Numbered from the stretch's first letter, positions 50,498 to 60,172 are shown. The stretch: DNA of 64,000 bases from Candidatus Poribacteria bacterium (GCA_965116925.1 OZ220744.1:1472001-1536000), one strand, 5' to 3'. Numbers and translations are program-made. Notes: generated by a model not told the origin, from the letters alone.

Positions 50498-51328
50498 TCA
50501 CTTGGGTTTGGTAACGAAAGTAATCGTCGTCTCTAGCCGATTGACAGCCCCATCGTGGACATCAATTTGAATTTTGTAGGTTGTCTCGTTGACCAGTTCC
50601 TGCCCTGCAACTGCGGTCAACGTTGCTGTCTGACCCGCGACGGTTGCAATCCAGTTGAGGTCAGCACCTGCCTCATCGGTCAGCTTAATGCTTCCCGCGA
50701 CGGCTTCGTGGAAACTATAGTAGATTTTAGAATTAATGAGACACTCCAAATCGGCGCAGTTGAAAACAGCGCCTACCAAACATGGGGGCGCAAGTGTTTC
50801 TTTATTTTTTGAATTCACTATAAATCGGAAACCACCGGCGTTGAGCGGCGCAGGATCGACATTTACGGTTCCATCAGTTACCGTGCCACTCGTAATTCTT
50901 GGTGGCGTCGTATCCGGGACCCTAACCGTATAAGGACCAACCGCCTGAGAGCCGGAACGACCGTCTCGGTATGTCCAGCCAACATTCAGACTTTGACCGT
51001 CTCCTTCCTGTAGCGTCAGCGATACGGTCCAGTTGAGGCCGGATCCGGTGGCTGCAACACCATTGACTGTCACCGCTACAATACCCGGATCATCAAAGTT
51101 CAGTGAAAACTGGGTATTTGGGGGAATTTCCACACCCGGAGCAGGATCTACGTAGCCTAGTATTTGATGCGGAGGTCCCTCATCAATTCGTGGGGGTGTA
51201 ACCCCGCTTGTTGTTGGATTGGACGGGTCCGTAACCACTTCCGGTGAGTCATCACCGCAACCGCTGATTATACCGATAGTAAACATCCCCAACGTGATTA
51301 GGATGGTAGTTCTTAACATTCTGTGCAT
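50498..51328 (-). CDS. Ig-like surface lipoprotein, array copy 1, with an in-frame MITE insertion
   Basis: Same ends as paralogs; 35-aa insert after GGFRF. Confidence 0.8.
   Translation of the reverse strand: MHRMLRTTILITLGMFTIGIISGCGDDSPEVVTDPSNPTTSGVTPPRIDEGPPHQILGYVDPAPGVEIPPNTQFSLNFDDPGIVAVTVNGVAATGSGLNWTVSLTLQEGDGQSLNVGWTYRDGRSGSQAVGPYTVRVPDTTPPRITSGTVTDGTVNVDPAPLNAGGFRFIVNSKNKETLAPPCLVGAVFNCADLECLINSKIYYSFHEAVAGSIKLTDEAGADLNWIATVAGQTATLTAVAGQELVNETTYKIQIDVHDGAVNRLETTITFVTKPK
50718..50820. mobile_element. MITE family B (103 bp plus TA duplication) inserted in frame in a CDS
   Basis: TA-TAGTAGATTTTAGAATTAATGAGACAC...GAATTCACTA-TA; homologous to 42817-42913; absent from the five paralogs. 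Confidence 0.9.
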
Positions 51329-51731
51329 CGTTTTAGTCCTTTCTGTGGAGTTTTCCCACCAATAACTTTCTCTCTATATCAAACCTTTAACTGTATGAAG
51401 TTCCAAAGGGGGAAAAAATCATCCCGGAACTTGAATGTCAAGGTTGTGGTCGTAGAAAATGTGCCTTCTGATGAGGTTAGTTGATAGCTAGCCTGTAAAA
51501 TCTTTGGCAAAAAATACAGAGGGGATAGGAAAATTCGTCCCGATGATACAATTTCAATGATCACGTTCACCCTGAATCGACAATTTTTTTCCTTGATTAT
51601 TTCCGCAGAATCGCCTATCATCTCTGAAGATTTAAGGTTCAAAGGTATCCGGGAAATAGGAATCGGTGACACGAAGATGCTGAAGTGAAATTTGGGAGGA
51701 CTACGCACAAATCTGAGGGGAAATAATAGCG

Positions 51732-52550
51732 ATGAACGGATCAAACCTTATTGAACCCCTTCGTCCGTGGCTAGACGAGAAGATAGGGGCAAAGCTGGAT
51801 CTGATAGGTTCAGATCCGATACCGGTATATGAGACTGAGGAAGGAGCACCGAGCCCACTATTCGCAGCGAGGGTTGGTGAGCGTGGGCTTGTTACAGCAC
51901 AAAGGCAGTGGTTGGAACAGCTCAAACCGATCGTTGCAAATCTGACGTTGGAGGAGTTGTTTTCCACTTTTGGCGGGTATGAGCTTGCGCGTGTATTGCT
52001 CCCTGATGGATGCGGGGTGTGGGGACCGAGCTGGTTCTATGTCGGAGACGAGAGCTGTTTTCGGGATGTGGGGGATAGCCGTCCTGTGCAGCTTTCTGCG
52101 GAGGAATTGGCTGAAACGGTCGATCACCGTATTTTCTGGCACTGCTTTGAAGATGAGGCGATGACCGGTTTCGGCATCTTTGAGGACGGTAAATTGGTGT
52201 CACTCGCAGCGGTTCGCGCTGAAGATGATAGCGTTTGGGAGATCGGCATTGATACCGCGCCGGAAGCGAAAGGACGCGGACTAGGGCGTGCCGTCACGAG
52301 CGCAGCTGGACGTTGGATACTGAAAAATAATCGGTTCGTCTTTGCTTCAACCGCCCCTTGGAATGTACGCTCTGCTCGCACACTTAGGTCGGTGGGGTTG
52401 CAATTTATCATGTCGGTGATGATAGGAATGCCGGGACCGTTTTATGCGCCGCCGCAGCCGCTCGGCACTCCATACCCCGGCGCCGAGGTGTATAACTACT
52501 ATCCCGACTGGGCGATTAATAAAGAGATCAAACCGCCGCTAAAGGACTGA
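51732..52550 (+). CDS. GNAT-family N-acetyltransferase
   Basis: WEIGIDTAPEAKGRGLG acetyl-CoA motif; N..S...L..VG. Confidence 0.8.
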   Translation: MNGSNLIEPLRPWLDEKIGAKLDLIGSDPIPVYETEEGAPSPLFAARVGERGLVTAQRQWLEQLKPIVANLTLEELFSTFGGYELARVLLPDGCGVWGPSWFYVGDESCFRDVGDSRPVQLSAEELAETVDHRIFWHCFEDEAMTGFGIFEDGKLVSLAAVRAEDDSVWEIGIDTAPEAKGRGLGRAVTSAAGRWILKNNRFVFASTAPWNVRSARTLRSVGLQFIMSVMIGMPGPFYAPPQPLGTPYPGAEVYNYYPDWAINKEIKPPLKD

Positions 52551-52564
52551 TCGACGCAAGGGAT

Positions 52565-53305
52565 TTAGGTGCGTCCCCTCACATAGGGATCGGGGTTGTT
52601 CTTGACTTCGCGCAGGAGGGTATGGATATATTCCTGAATACGAAAGAGTCGGCAGTTAGAATTTCCCAGCAGTCCTCGGTTTAGCGTCCCTACTTCGTCC
52701 CAGAATGCCCCAAGCAGCGGTCTATCCAACCCGGGATAGGGTATTTCGGGGTCCTGTTCAAGCAGTTCATGCCAATAAAGCACTTCCACAAAATGAACAT
52801 ACGTCGAAGTGTTGTAGTCCACGCCGAGCATGAGCAGTTTGCCATCGGCTTTATACGCCTTCTGCATTGGGGAGTGTGTACCGTAAGTTTTGCCCCACGG
52901 CTCACGGTCCCACGGCGATTTGTACCCCTCACGGCTGAGGTGGGTGCTTACAAACGCTTTCGCATCTTTTCCCCGTGCAGCAACTGAATGGGAGTAATGG
53001 TTGGAGCGGTAGGTATCAGGCATCTGGCGAAAAAATTCGGTGAGCCATCCGACTGTGGACGGCGTTGTTTCGAGGTTCCATGTGCTCACCCGCAACTCTC
53101 TTCCATCTAGGAGATTGAACGAAGGCATCAAGATGAGTCCCTCTCGTCCAACGGCGTCCTCTAGTGCGCCGACTACAGTTCCTGCCCCACCTTCGACAGG
53201 TCCGAGGCTCTTGAATGAGGAGTGAATAAAGAGCGTATCCCCTAGTTCAACGCCCAAGTTTCTCAGGTCGTGTGTGAGTGTTTCGCTTGTATGTGGTGTT
53301 TTCAT
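52565..53305 (-). CDS. AAC(3)/YokD-family N-acetyltransferase
   Basis: LG...GD.LFIHSS..SLG.VEGG, G.LTEFFR, RSNH.SHS, LLMLGV...TYVH..E. Confidence 0.85.
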   Translation of the reverse strand: MKTPHTSETLTHDLRNLGVELGDTLFIHSSFKSLGPVEGGAGTVVGALEDAVGREGLILMPSFNLLDGRELRVSTWNLETTPSTVGWLTEFFRQMPDTYRSNHYSHSVAARGKDAKAFVSTHLSREGYKSPWDREPWGKTYGTHSPMQKAYKADGKLLMLGVDYNTSTYVHFVEVLYWHELLEQDPEIPYPGLDRPLLGAFWDEVGTLNRGLLGNSNCRLFRIQEYIHTLLREVKNNPDPYVRGRT

Positions 53306-53343
53306 GTTAGCCTTAATTATAATTGATCAGATTGGAAATATCT

Positions 53344-54546
53344 ATGGGAATTTACGAACAGTTTGGAGTTACCCCGATTATCAACGCCTCCGGCGCGGTA
53401 ACCCGTCTCGGCGGTGCGCCGATGCCCGATGCGGTGCTGAATGCGTTTAACGAAGCTGCCCGTGCGTCGGTGCCGCTTGAACAGCTTCAGGCAGCTGCTT
53501 CCAAAGTTATCGCGGCGGCGACGGGGACGGAAGCCGGTTTAGTTTCCGCCGGTGCTGCGTCCGCGCTGACCTTGGGAACCGCTGCAATCTTGACAGGCTA
53601 CGACTTGGGGCGGATGGAGCGGTTGCCCCACTGCGACGGATTTCCCAACGAGTTTATCGTCGCCCGCGAGCAGCGAAGCGGTTATGATCACGCCGTAAGA
53701 GCCGCCGGTGCACGGCTCGTTGAGGTCGGTTTCAATGAAATCGTTGCCAACGCAGGGGTCCGGCGAACTGAAGCGTGGGAGTATGAAGCCGCCTTTGGAC
53801 CGAATACCGCAGGCGTCCTCTATGTATATAGCCCGACCTCCAGACCTCCGCTCGAAGAGATTGTTGATGTTGCACATCGGCATCAACTGTCTGTATTGGT
53901 AGATGCAGCGGGTGAACTTCCGCCGCGTAGTAATCTTAAATCCATTGCAGCAAGGGGTGCCGATTTGGTAGCCTTTAGCGGCGGTAAGTCCATTCGGGGT
54001 CCCCAGTCAACCGGGATTCTCTGTGGTCGTCGAGATCTTATCGGACCAGCAGTGGCACAATTGTTGGATATGGATGACCACTTAGAACTTTGGGATCCAC
54101 CGGCGTCGCTCATTGATAAGGCAAAGCTTCGTGGTATTCCGCGACACGGTATAGGGCGAGGCTTTAAGGTGTCAAAGGAGGAGATTATTGCTCTGCTTGT
54201 GGCGTTGCAGCTTTTCACCTCCGGTGCCTATGATGAAGAAATCTCCAAAGCGCACGCACGTCTCAACCGGATAGCGGAAGTGCTCAAAGACTCTCCGGCA
54301 GAATGCAGCCTCCGTGATAAAGGTGATGGCGAAAGCCTTCCGCTTTTGGAAATCACGATTGATGAAGCAGCTATCGGTCGAGGGGCGATGGCGATCTGCC
54401 AAAGCCTCCGAAACGGTGTCCCACCGGTTTATGTCAGCCACAGTGGTCTCCGAGAGGGAAAACTTTTGATTAACCCACTGCACTTGAACGACAGCAACAG
54501 TGAGACGCTCGCCGAGCGAATTCGTCAAGAATTGGAACAGGGTTGA
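53344..54546 (-). other. Placeholder note: no feature supported on the minus strand here; see the plus-strand SelA-like CDS at the same coordinates
   Basis: Minus-strand ORFs in this interval are antisense shadows without motifs. Confidence 0.05.
53344..54546 (+). CDS. SelA-like/DgaE-like PLP-dependent enzyme
   Basis: GVTPIINASG..TRLGG, VDAA, FSGGK.IRGPQSTG, GIGRGFKVSKEEI. Confidence 0.82.
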   Translation: MGIYEQFGVTPIINASGAVTRLGGAPMPDAVLNAFNEAARASVPLEQLQAAASKVIAAATGTEAGLVSAGAASALTLGTAAILTGYDLGRMERLPHCDGFPNEFIVAREQRSGYDHAVRAAGARLVEVGFNEIVANAGVRRTEAWEYEAAFGPNTAGVLYVYSPTSRPPLEEIVDVAHRHQLSVLVDAAGELPPRSNLKSIAARGADLVAFSGGKSIRGPQSTGILCGRRDLIGPAVAQLLDMDDHLELWDPPASLIDKAKLRGIPRHGIGRGFKVSKEEIIALLVALQLFTSGAYDEEISKAHARLNRIAEVLKDSPAECSLRDKGDGESLPLLEITIDEAAIGRGAMAICQSLRNGVPPVYVSHSGLREGKLLINPLHLNDSNSETLAERIRQELEQG

Positions 54547-54695
54547 ATGATAAGCGTGAAACGTGATGCGTGAAACGTGACAAACCATTTGTTCATTGGT
54601 GGAGTCGGGCTAGGAAACCCGATCTATGGACCTCATATTAAAAGAAAACAAAACTCGGTTTCTATTGCACGATTTTTTACGTGAGCGAATTAATT

Positions 54696-55178
54696 ATGCC
54701 ACGAAAGAACAAGATTCTCAACATCGGTGATAAGGCACCGCTATTCACATTGACCTCTGTTCAGCGTCAAACCGTGAGTCTGGAGTCGTATTTCGGTCGG
54801 CAGCCTGTCATCCTTGCCTTTTTTCGGGGAACGTGGTGACCGAACAGCCGTCGCCAGTTAGGAGACCTCCAGCGCGCTAGCAATGAATATACAGAACTAG
54901 AGGCTGCGGTTCTTAGTATCGTGGGTCAATGGCCCCGTGAGGTGCGCCGATATGCTGAAACACACGATATTACCTTTCCGTTGCTCACGGATAAGGAGCG
55001 ACAGGTGATTAAAAGCTATGGGGTGTATCATTGGCTAGGACTTGATGCGTATAACATCGCTCGGCCTGCGACATTTGTGATTGATAAGGATTTAATTATC
55101 CGGTTCATGTATATTGGCTCACATCAGTTTGATCTTCCCAAACATGAGGATATTATCGCAGCCTTGAAAGGGCTTTAA
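54696..55178 (+). CDS. Selenocysteine-containing peroxiredoxin-like (AhpC/TSA) protein, 160 aa, U48
   Basis: IGDKAPLFTL...VILAFFRGTW-TGA-PNS..QL continues in frame into FPLLTD..YGV..ARPATFVID; TGA 54837-54839 occupies the catalytic Cys position. Confidence 0.85.
54852..54876 (+). promoter_or_regulatory. Candidate bacterial SECIS hairpin
   Basis: CGC(CA)GTT(A)GGA-GACC-TCCAGCGCG; G-initial loop begins 24 nt after the TGA; folded by eye. Confidence 0.5.
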
Positions 55179-55206
55179 GATAGTAACAGATAAAGAGAGG
55201 ACTCAG

Positions 55207-55887
55207 ATGATTCTTACTGGACACCGGGGCGCAGCAAAACTTGAACCAGAGAATACGCTGCTATCCATTCAAAAAGCGATAGATCTCGACGTTGATCAGG
55301 TTGAGATTGATGTGCATCTCACGCGCGATCAGCATCTGGTGGTCATCCATGACACCACTGTGGATCGGACAACCGATGGGCAAGGGGCAATCGCCGATTT
55401 TACGTTAGCAGAAGTGAAACAGTTGGATGCCGGCAAAGGAGAGCGCGTCCCAACGCTACAGGAGGTGATGGATCTGGTGCGCGGGAAAGTGATTCTCCAG
55501 ATTGAACTAAAAGGGCCCGACACCGCTGAGCCGGTCATCCAAGCGGTCGAACAAAATAGTATGGAAAACGAGGTGCTGCTGACTTCGTTTGTCCATGACC
55601 GGCTACGCGAAGCGCGCCAGATTAATCCGAATTTGAGGCTAGGTGCGTTGTGGGCGCATCCGCCGCCTGATGCGTGTGAACAGGCAATTGATATGGGGGC
55701 AGAGGCGATACACATCCAACATCTGAACATTGACCCCCAACTAGTTCAGAAAGCACATGCACACGGTCTCAAGATTCGTGCTTGGAACCCTGACACGGTT
55801 GAGGAGATACAGCGTGTTGTTGATCTGGGGGTTGACGCGATTGGCTCAAATCGTCCGGATCTGTTAATCGCGGTTAGAGGCACGTGA
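55207..55887 (+). CDS. Glycerophosphodiester phosphodiesterase
   Basis: GHRGA..PENT, EIDV, HDTTVDRTT, IELK, GVDAI.SN.PD. Confidence 0.92.
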   Translation: MILTGHRGAAKLEPENTLLSIQKAIDLDVDQVEIDVHLTRDQHLVVIHDTTVDRTTDGQGAIADFTLAEVKQLDAGKGERVPTLQEVMDLVRGKVILQIELKGPDTAEPVIQAVEQNSMENEVLLTSFVHDRLREARQINPNLRLGALWAHPPPDACEQAIDMGAEAIHIQHLNIDPQLVQKAHAHGLKIRAWNPDTVEEIQRVVDLGVDAIGSNRPDLLIAVRGT

Positions 55888-56427
55888 TTCTTGTTGCTCA
55901 ATCGTCCACTTTGTATATCTTGCGATTTTTTTCTTATCATCAGAGGGAGTTACTTCTAATTGTCGGAGCGCGGGCAGGGCGTATGAATCTCCGATAGCAC
56001 CAAGTGCCTCTGCAATCGCCGAACGTAAGTGACCTCCTATATCGTTATTATCATCAAGGGTGTCCAGTACAGAAAGCAACGGTTTAACTGCCCGTGAATC
56101 GCCAAGGTCACGAAAGATTTGTGCAATTTCCTCTCGCCCTGCCGTTGGATTCTCAACAAATATTTTAGACAGGACTGGTACCGCTTCTCTAGTCGGACAC
56201 TCCCACAGGGCACAAATCAGAGCGTATTCAGCGGCACCCGTGAAGTTTTCTCCGGACTTAAACGCTTGATATTGTGCCTCCAATTCCTCCACAAGGATTT
56301 TACTAAAAGGTTCAGCCTGCTGTTGAGCAAATTTGACAAAGCTACGAACACTCGTCAGAAAACTCCCGTCAGGTGCTTTTTCGACTCTATCGAGCATTTC
56401 CTTGGTTTTGATTCTTATCTCTTCCAT
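55864..56427 (-). CDS. HEAT/PBS-lyase repeat protein
   Basis: LGDSRAVKPL and AEALGAIGD..ALPAL repeats. Confidence 0.75.
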   Translation of the reverse strand: MEEIRIKTKEMLDRVEKAPDGSFLTSVRSFVKFAQQQAEPFSKILVEELEAQYQAFKSGENFTGAAEYALICALWECPTREAVPVLSKIFVENPTAGREEIAQIFRDLGDSRAVKPLLSVLDTLDDNNDIGGHLRSAIAEALGAIGDSYALPALRQLEVTPSDDKKKIARYTKWTIEQQESRASNRD

Positions 56428-56434
56428 GAACCCT

Positions 56435-57700
56435 TTACGTTTCACCATACGGTCCCGCGATTGCGATACTGCATAGATCCGGGTGCAGATATTTCTGGGC
56501 AGCCGCGTTTACGTGTGCACGGGTGACGTTCCAGTAGATTGATTCATGCCGCTCAAGATAGTCGAGTCCCAACCCGTACAACTCTGCGGTTAGGAGCACT
56601 GCGGCGAGTCCCCTGTTCGTTTCGAGGGCGAGCGCGAAATTTCCGACAATTAGGTTCTGGGCGTCCGACAATTCTTCTGCCGTGATACCATCGGATTTCA
56701 TCAACTCAATTTCGTGCAGGATACTGTTAATGGCTTTATCGACGTTGGCGGGATTGACGCCTGCGCTTGCATGGAAAAGCCCTTCGCCGATTGATGGAGT
56801 GAACGAGCTCCAGACGCTGTATGCGAGTCCTTGCACATCACGCACCCGCCCAAATAAGCGGGCAATCCCCGCGCTTCCACCCAAGACAGCGTTCATGAGA
56901 TTGATCGTGTAGAAGTCTGGATTTGTTCGGGTAATCCCTTTATGCCCCAACTCGATATTTGCTTGCGATTTGTCCATCATCGGTTGGACCACAATCTGCT
57001 TTTCGCCATATTCCACCGCCGGTATGGTGAAGGGTGGTTTTTCACCATTTGCCTTCCAATCCCCCATTGCGGCGTCAATTTTTTCAATAATCGCCTGTGT
57101 CTCCACATCACCAACAATCGCCAGAACCAGCGAGTCGGGACGATAATAAGCCGCATGGAAATCAACGAGTGTTTTCCTTTGAATGCGTTTGAGCGATGCC
57201 TCCGTCCCCTGCACGCGCCAATGATAGGGGTGTTCGTCGGGATAGACAGCCTCTCGAAGTAGCCGATCTGCGACATCATCCGTCTCATCTTCCCACGCCT
57301 TCAGCCAGCTATAAACCTGATGCCGGTGTTTTTCAATCTCTTCTTGTGGGAAGTTCGGGGTACGCAGGATGTCGTTGAGTACGTCAAGCACCCGATCAAA
57401 ATCCTTTGACAGCAGCCGTCCCTCAATACTTACGGTCTCGGTACTCCCTCCAGCATTTAGACTCGCGCCGACAGATTCGGTTGCCTCGGCAATTTCTTCC
57501 CACCCCCGGTTTTCGGTTCCTTTGGTCAGCATATTGGCAACGACATCTGAAAGCCCGTAGAGACCTTGTGGGTCATACATGCTGCCCGCCTTCAAGCGTC
57601 CACTGATCGCAACGGTTTGATTGAAATGGTTTTCTTGGATGAGCAGCGTCAAACCGTTGTCAAATATGTGGCGTGTGGTTGGTGGTTGATGGCTACTCAT
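56435..57700 (-). CDS. M16B peptidase, non-catalytic subunit
   Basis: M16 fold lacking HxxEH but retaining the R..GLAY (R/Y) pair. Confidence 0.85.
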   Translation of the reverse strand: MSSHQPPTTRHIFDNGLTLLIQENHFNQTVAISGRLKAGSMYDPQGLYGLSDVVANMLTKGTENRGWEEIAEATESVGASLNAGGSTETVSIEGRLLSKDFDRVLDVLNDILRTPNFPQEEIEKHRHQVYSWLKAWEDETDDVADRLLREAVYPDEHPYHWRVQGTEASLKRIQRKTLVDFHAAYYRPDSLVLAIVGDVETQAIIEKIDAAMGDWKANGEKPPFTIPAVEYGEKQIVVQPMMDKSQANIELGHKGITRTNPDFYTINLMNAVLGGSAGIARLFGRVRDVQGLAYSVWSSFTPSIGEGLFHASAGVNPANVDKAINSILHEIELMKSDGITAEELSDAQNLIVGNFALALETNRGLAAVLLTAELYGLGLDYLERHESIYWNVTRAHVNAAAQKYLHPDLCSIAIAGPYGET

Positions 57701-58977
57701 CTTTCAACTCCTCCTTGTTCCGGTGAAATTGGTTGAAAATATCCGACTGTGCGGTTATCTTCGGTGAAGTACTTCTGAGCAACTTCACGAATTTGCTCGC
57801 GGGTGACAGACCGAATATTGTCGAGATAGGTATCGAGGTATCTGTAATTGTAGACAGTTTCGTAGTAACCGATCTGCGCTGCCTGATTTGAGACGCTGTC
57901 GAGGGAGAAGATGAACTGTGCTTCTGTTTGGTTTATTGCTTTTTCCAGTTCGGTTTCTGTGAGTGTGTTGTTCTGCATAAAGTCTATCTGTCCTAGCAAT
58001 GCCTTTTCGAGCGTGGCTGGATCTACACCGACCTGTGCTTCTGCGAATGTCCAAGCCAATCCTGCATCTTTGGAAAAATCTGGATAGAAATAGGCGGAAG
58101 TTGCCAACTGTTTATCGACCAAGGCGCGATAGAAGCGTGAAGTTTTGCCCATACTCAGCACGGTGCTGATTACTTCCAGCGGGTAGAAGTCTGGATGCCC
58201 GGCTGCGGGGATATGATAGACGATAGCAACATAAGCGAGTGTTCCTTCCTTACGAACTGTGACCCGTCTTTCGCCTCGCTGTTCAGGTTCAGTCGTCGAG
58301 GGACCCGTAATCGGCTCGCCGGGGGGAAGAGAGCCGAAGTGGGTTTCAACCTGTTCCATCAGTTCTGCCGTATCGAAATCTCCAACGAGGACGAGGGTTG
58401 CATTGTTCGGAACGTAGCGTTGGCGGTAGTAGTTGTAGAGGTCATCGCGGGTCATCGTTTTGAGGTCTGAGGGCCAACCGATGATACCCCACTGATAGGG
58501 GTGGGCTTTGTAGGCGGTTGCCTGTACCTCTTCCCTCAACCCGAAATGGGGTGTATTCTCATATCCCTCGCGTTCCGAAAGGATTACTGTGCGTTCCGCT
58601 TCGACCTCGTCTGGATCAAAGACGCTGTTCTGCATCCGATCCGACTCCAAGGCAAGCGCGACCGAAATTTTGTCCGCAGGCAGGGTTTCATAATAGGCGG
58701 TATAGTCGTTGCTGGTAAAGGCATTCCATCTGCCGCCGTTGCCTTCGATAAAGCGTCCGAGCTCCTCTTTCGAGAATTTGGGTGTGCCTTTGAAAAGCAT
58801 GTGTTCGACCCAATGGGAAACGCCTGTGAGTCCGGGGCGTTCATTGCGTGAGCCAACTTTGTACCAGATATAACTGCTGGCGACCGGGGCGGCGTGGACC
58901 TCCTTCGTTAAGACCTTCAAACCGTTGATCAGTTGGTGTTCGATGATTTCAGACTGGGTTTCGACCTGTTTGGTCAT
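57697..58977 (-). CDS. M16B zinc peptidase, catalytic subunit
   Basis: VGSRNE, HWVEH, NAFT, E.DRM, HPY. Confidence 0.9.
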   Translation of the reverse strand: MTKQVETQSEIIEHQLINGLKVLTKEVHAAPVASSYIWYKVGSRNERPGLTGVSHWVEHMLFKGTPKFSKEELGRFIEGNGGRWNAFTSNDYTAYYETLPADKISVALALESDRMQNSVFDPDEVEAERTVILSEREGYENTPHFGLREEVQATAYKAHPYQWGIIGWPSDLKTMTRDDLYNYYRQRYVPNNATLVLVGDFDTAELMEQVETHFGSLPPGEPITGPSTTEPEQRGERRVTVRKEGTLAYVAIVYHIPAAGHPDFYPLEVISTVLSMGKTSRFYRALVDKQLATSAYFYPDFSKDAGLAWTFAEAQVGVDPATLEKALLGQIDFMQNNTLTETELEKAINQTEAQFIFSLDSVSNQAAQIGYYETVYNYRYLDTYLDNIRSVTREQIREVAQKYFTEDNRTVGYFQPISPEQGGVER

Positions 58978-58993
58978 AATGGGATCCTTTCAC

Positions 58994-60172
58994 TTACAGC
59001 ACGGCTAAAATCGCTTCTACAACATAATCCAAGTTCTTGGGCGAAAGCCCTGCCACGTTCAGGCGACCGTTTGTCGGCATGTAGATAGCATATTCTTCTC
59101 GCAACCGATCCACAGCATCTTTGGAAAGCCCGGAATAAGAGAACATCCCGTTCTGCTTGTACATGAAGCTAAAATCCACTGAGCTGCCGCCTGCGTTTAA
59201 GCCTTCCGCCAACGCCTTGCGCATACCAGAGATTCGGTCTCGCATGACTGCCAGTTCACTCTCCCATTCCTGTCTTAGCGTGTCAGAGGCGAGCACCGCC
59301 GCAATGATGCGCGAGCCATGTAGAGGTGGGTTGGAATAGTTGGCACGGATGATTCGCATGACTTGAGACTTGACCCGTTCAGCAGTTTCCACATCAGCCG
59401 TAACAACATAGAATCCGCCGATTCGCTCCCCATAAAGCCCAAAGTTTTTGGAATAGGAGTTTGCGACTAGCATCTGATGACCTTCAGCGAGAAAATGACG
59501 GACTGCCATTGCATCTTCATCAATGCCGCGTCCAAACCCTTGATACGCGAAATCAAATACGGGCAGCAGCCCCTGCGTCTTGATGGCTGTGGAGATTTCC
59601 TTCCAATCCACAGGTGTTGGATCGAGTCCGGTTGGGTTGTGGCAACAGGCGTGAAGTAGGATTGGGCTTCCGCTGGGGATGGATTTAATGACTTCGATCA
59701 TGCGCGACTTGGTAAACTCCCTGCGCTTTGCATCATAGTAGGGATATGATGCGACCTCCAGACCAGCCCTTGCAAAAACTTGGTTGTGATTTGCCCAAGT
59801 TGGATCCGGAATGTAGATGACTTGGCTTCCGATTTGGGCGAGAAACTCGGCAGCGAGTCGGACACCGGCTGTTCCGCCGGGTGCTTGCGCCCCGAAAATA
59901 TTGTCTTGTTCCGTATCGAATACCAATTTGATGGAATGCTTCACGTATTCTGGGTCGCCATCTTGAGAGAGGTACTCCTTATCCATACCTTCCGTGAGGA
60001 TTTGCCCCTCTGCTTTCCTGACAGCTGCAAGCACAAGCGGCTGGAGGTCATCGGTCTTGTAGGCACCAATACTCAAGTTTACTTTGTTTGACCGCGGATC
60101 CGCTTTGAAAGCCGCGTTAAGTCCCAAGATGGGATCGGGGGGTGCCATTTCTATTGTGTCGAAAAAATTCAT
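58994..60172 (-). CDS. aspC: Aspartate/aromatic amino acid aminotransferase (class Ia)
   Basis: PPDPILG, HACCHNPTG, DFAYQGF, SYSKNFGLYGER. Confidence 0.92.
   Translation of the reverse strand: MNFFDTIEMAPPDPILGLNAAFKADPRSNKVNLSIGAYKTDDLQPLVLAAVRKAEGQILTEGMDKEYLSQDGDPEYVKHSIKLVFDTEQDNIFGAQAPGGTAGVRLAAEFLAQIGSQVIYIPDPTWANHNQVFARAGLEVASYPYYDAKRREFTKSRMIEVIKSIPSGSPILLHACCHNPTGLDPTPVDWKEISTAIKTQGLLPVFDFAYQGFGRGIDEDAMAVRHFLAEGHQMLVANSYSKNFGLYGERIGGFYVVTADVETAERVKSQVMRIIRANYSNPPLHGSRIIAAVLASDTLRQEWESELAVMRDRISGMRKALAEGLNAGGSSVDFSFMYKQNGMFSYSGLSKDAVDRLREEYAIYMPTNGRLNVAGLSPKNLDYVVEAILAVL

Noticed and set aside
45380..51328. Diversity-generating retroelement, shufflon or CRISPR explanation for the repeats
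   Set aside because: No reverse transcriptase, invertase, adenine-specific template/variable pair or repeat-spacer periodicity; the repeats are whole paralogous genes
51379..51744. 121-aa minus-strand ORF upstream of the lipoprotein array
   Set aside because: No RBS or motif, overlaps the GNAT start; more likely a divergent promoter region
52565..53305. Aminoglycoside resistance gene
   Set aside because: The AAC(3)/YokD fold is widespread with other substrates; no mobile or resistance context
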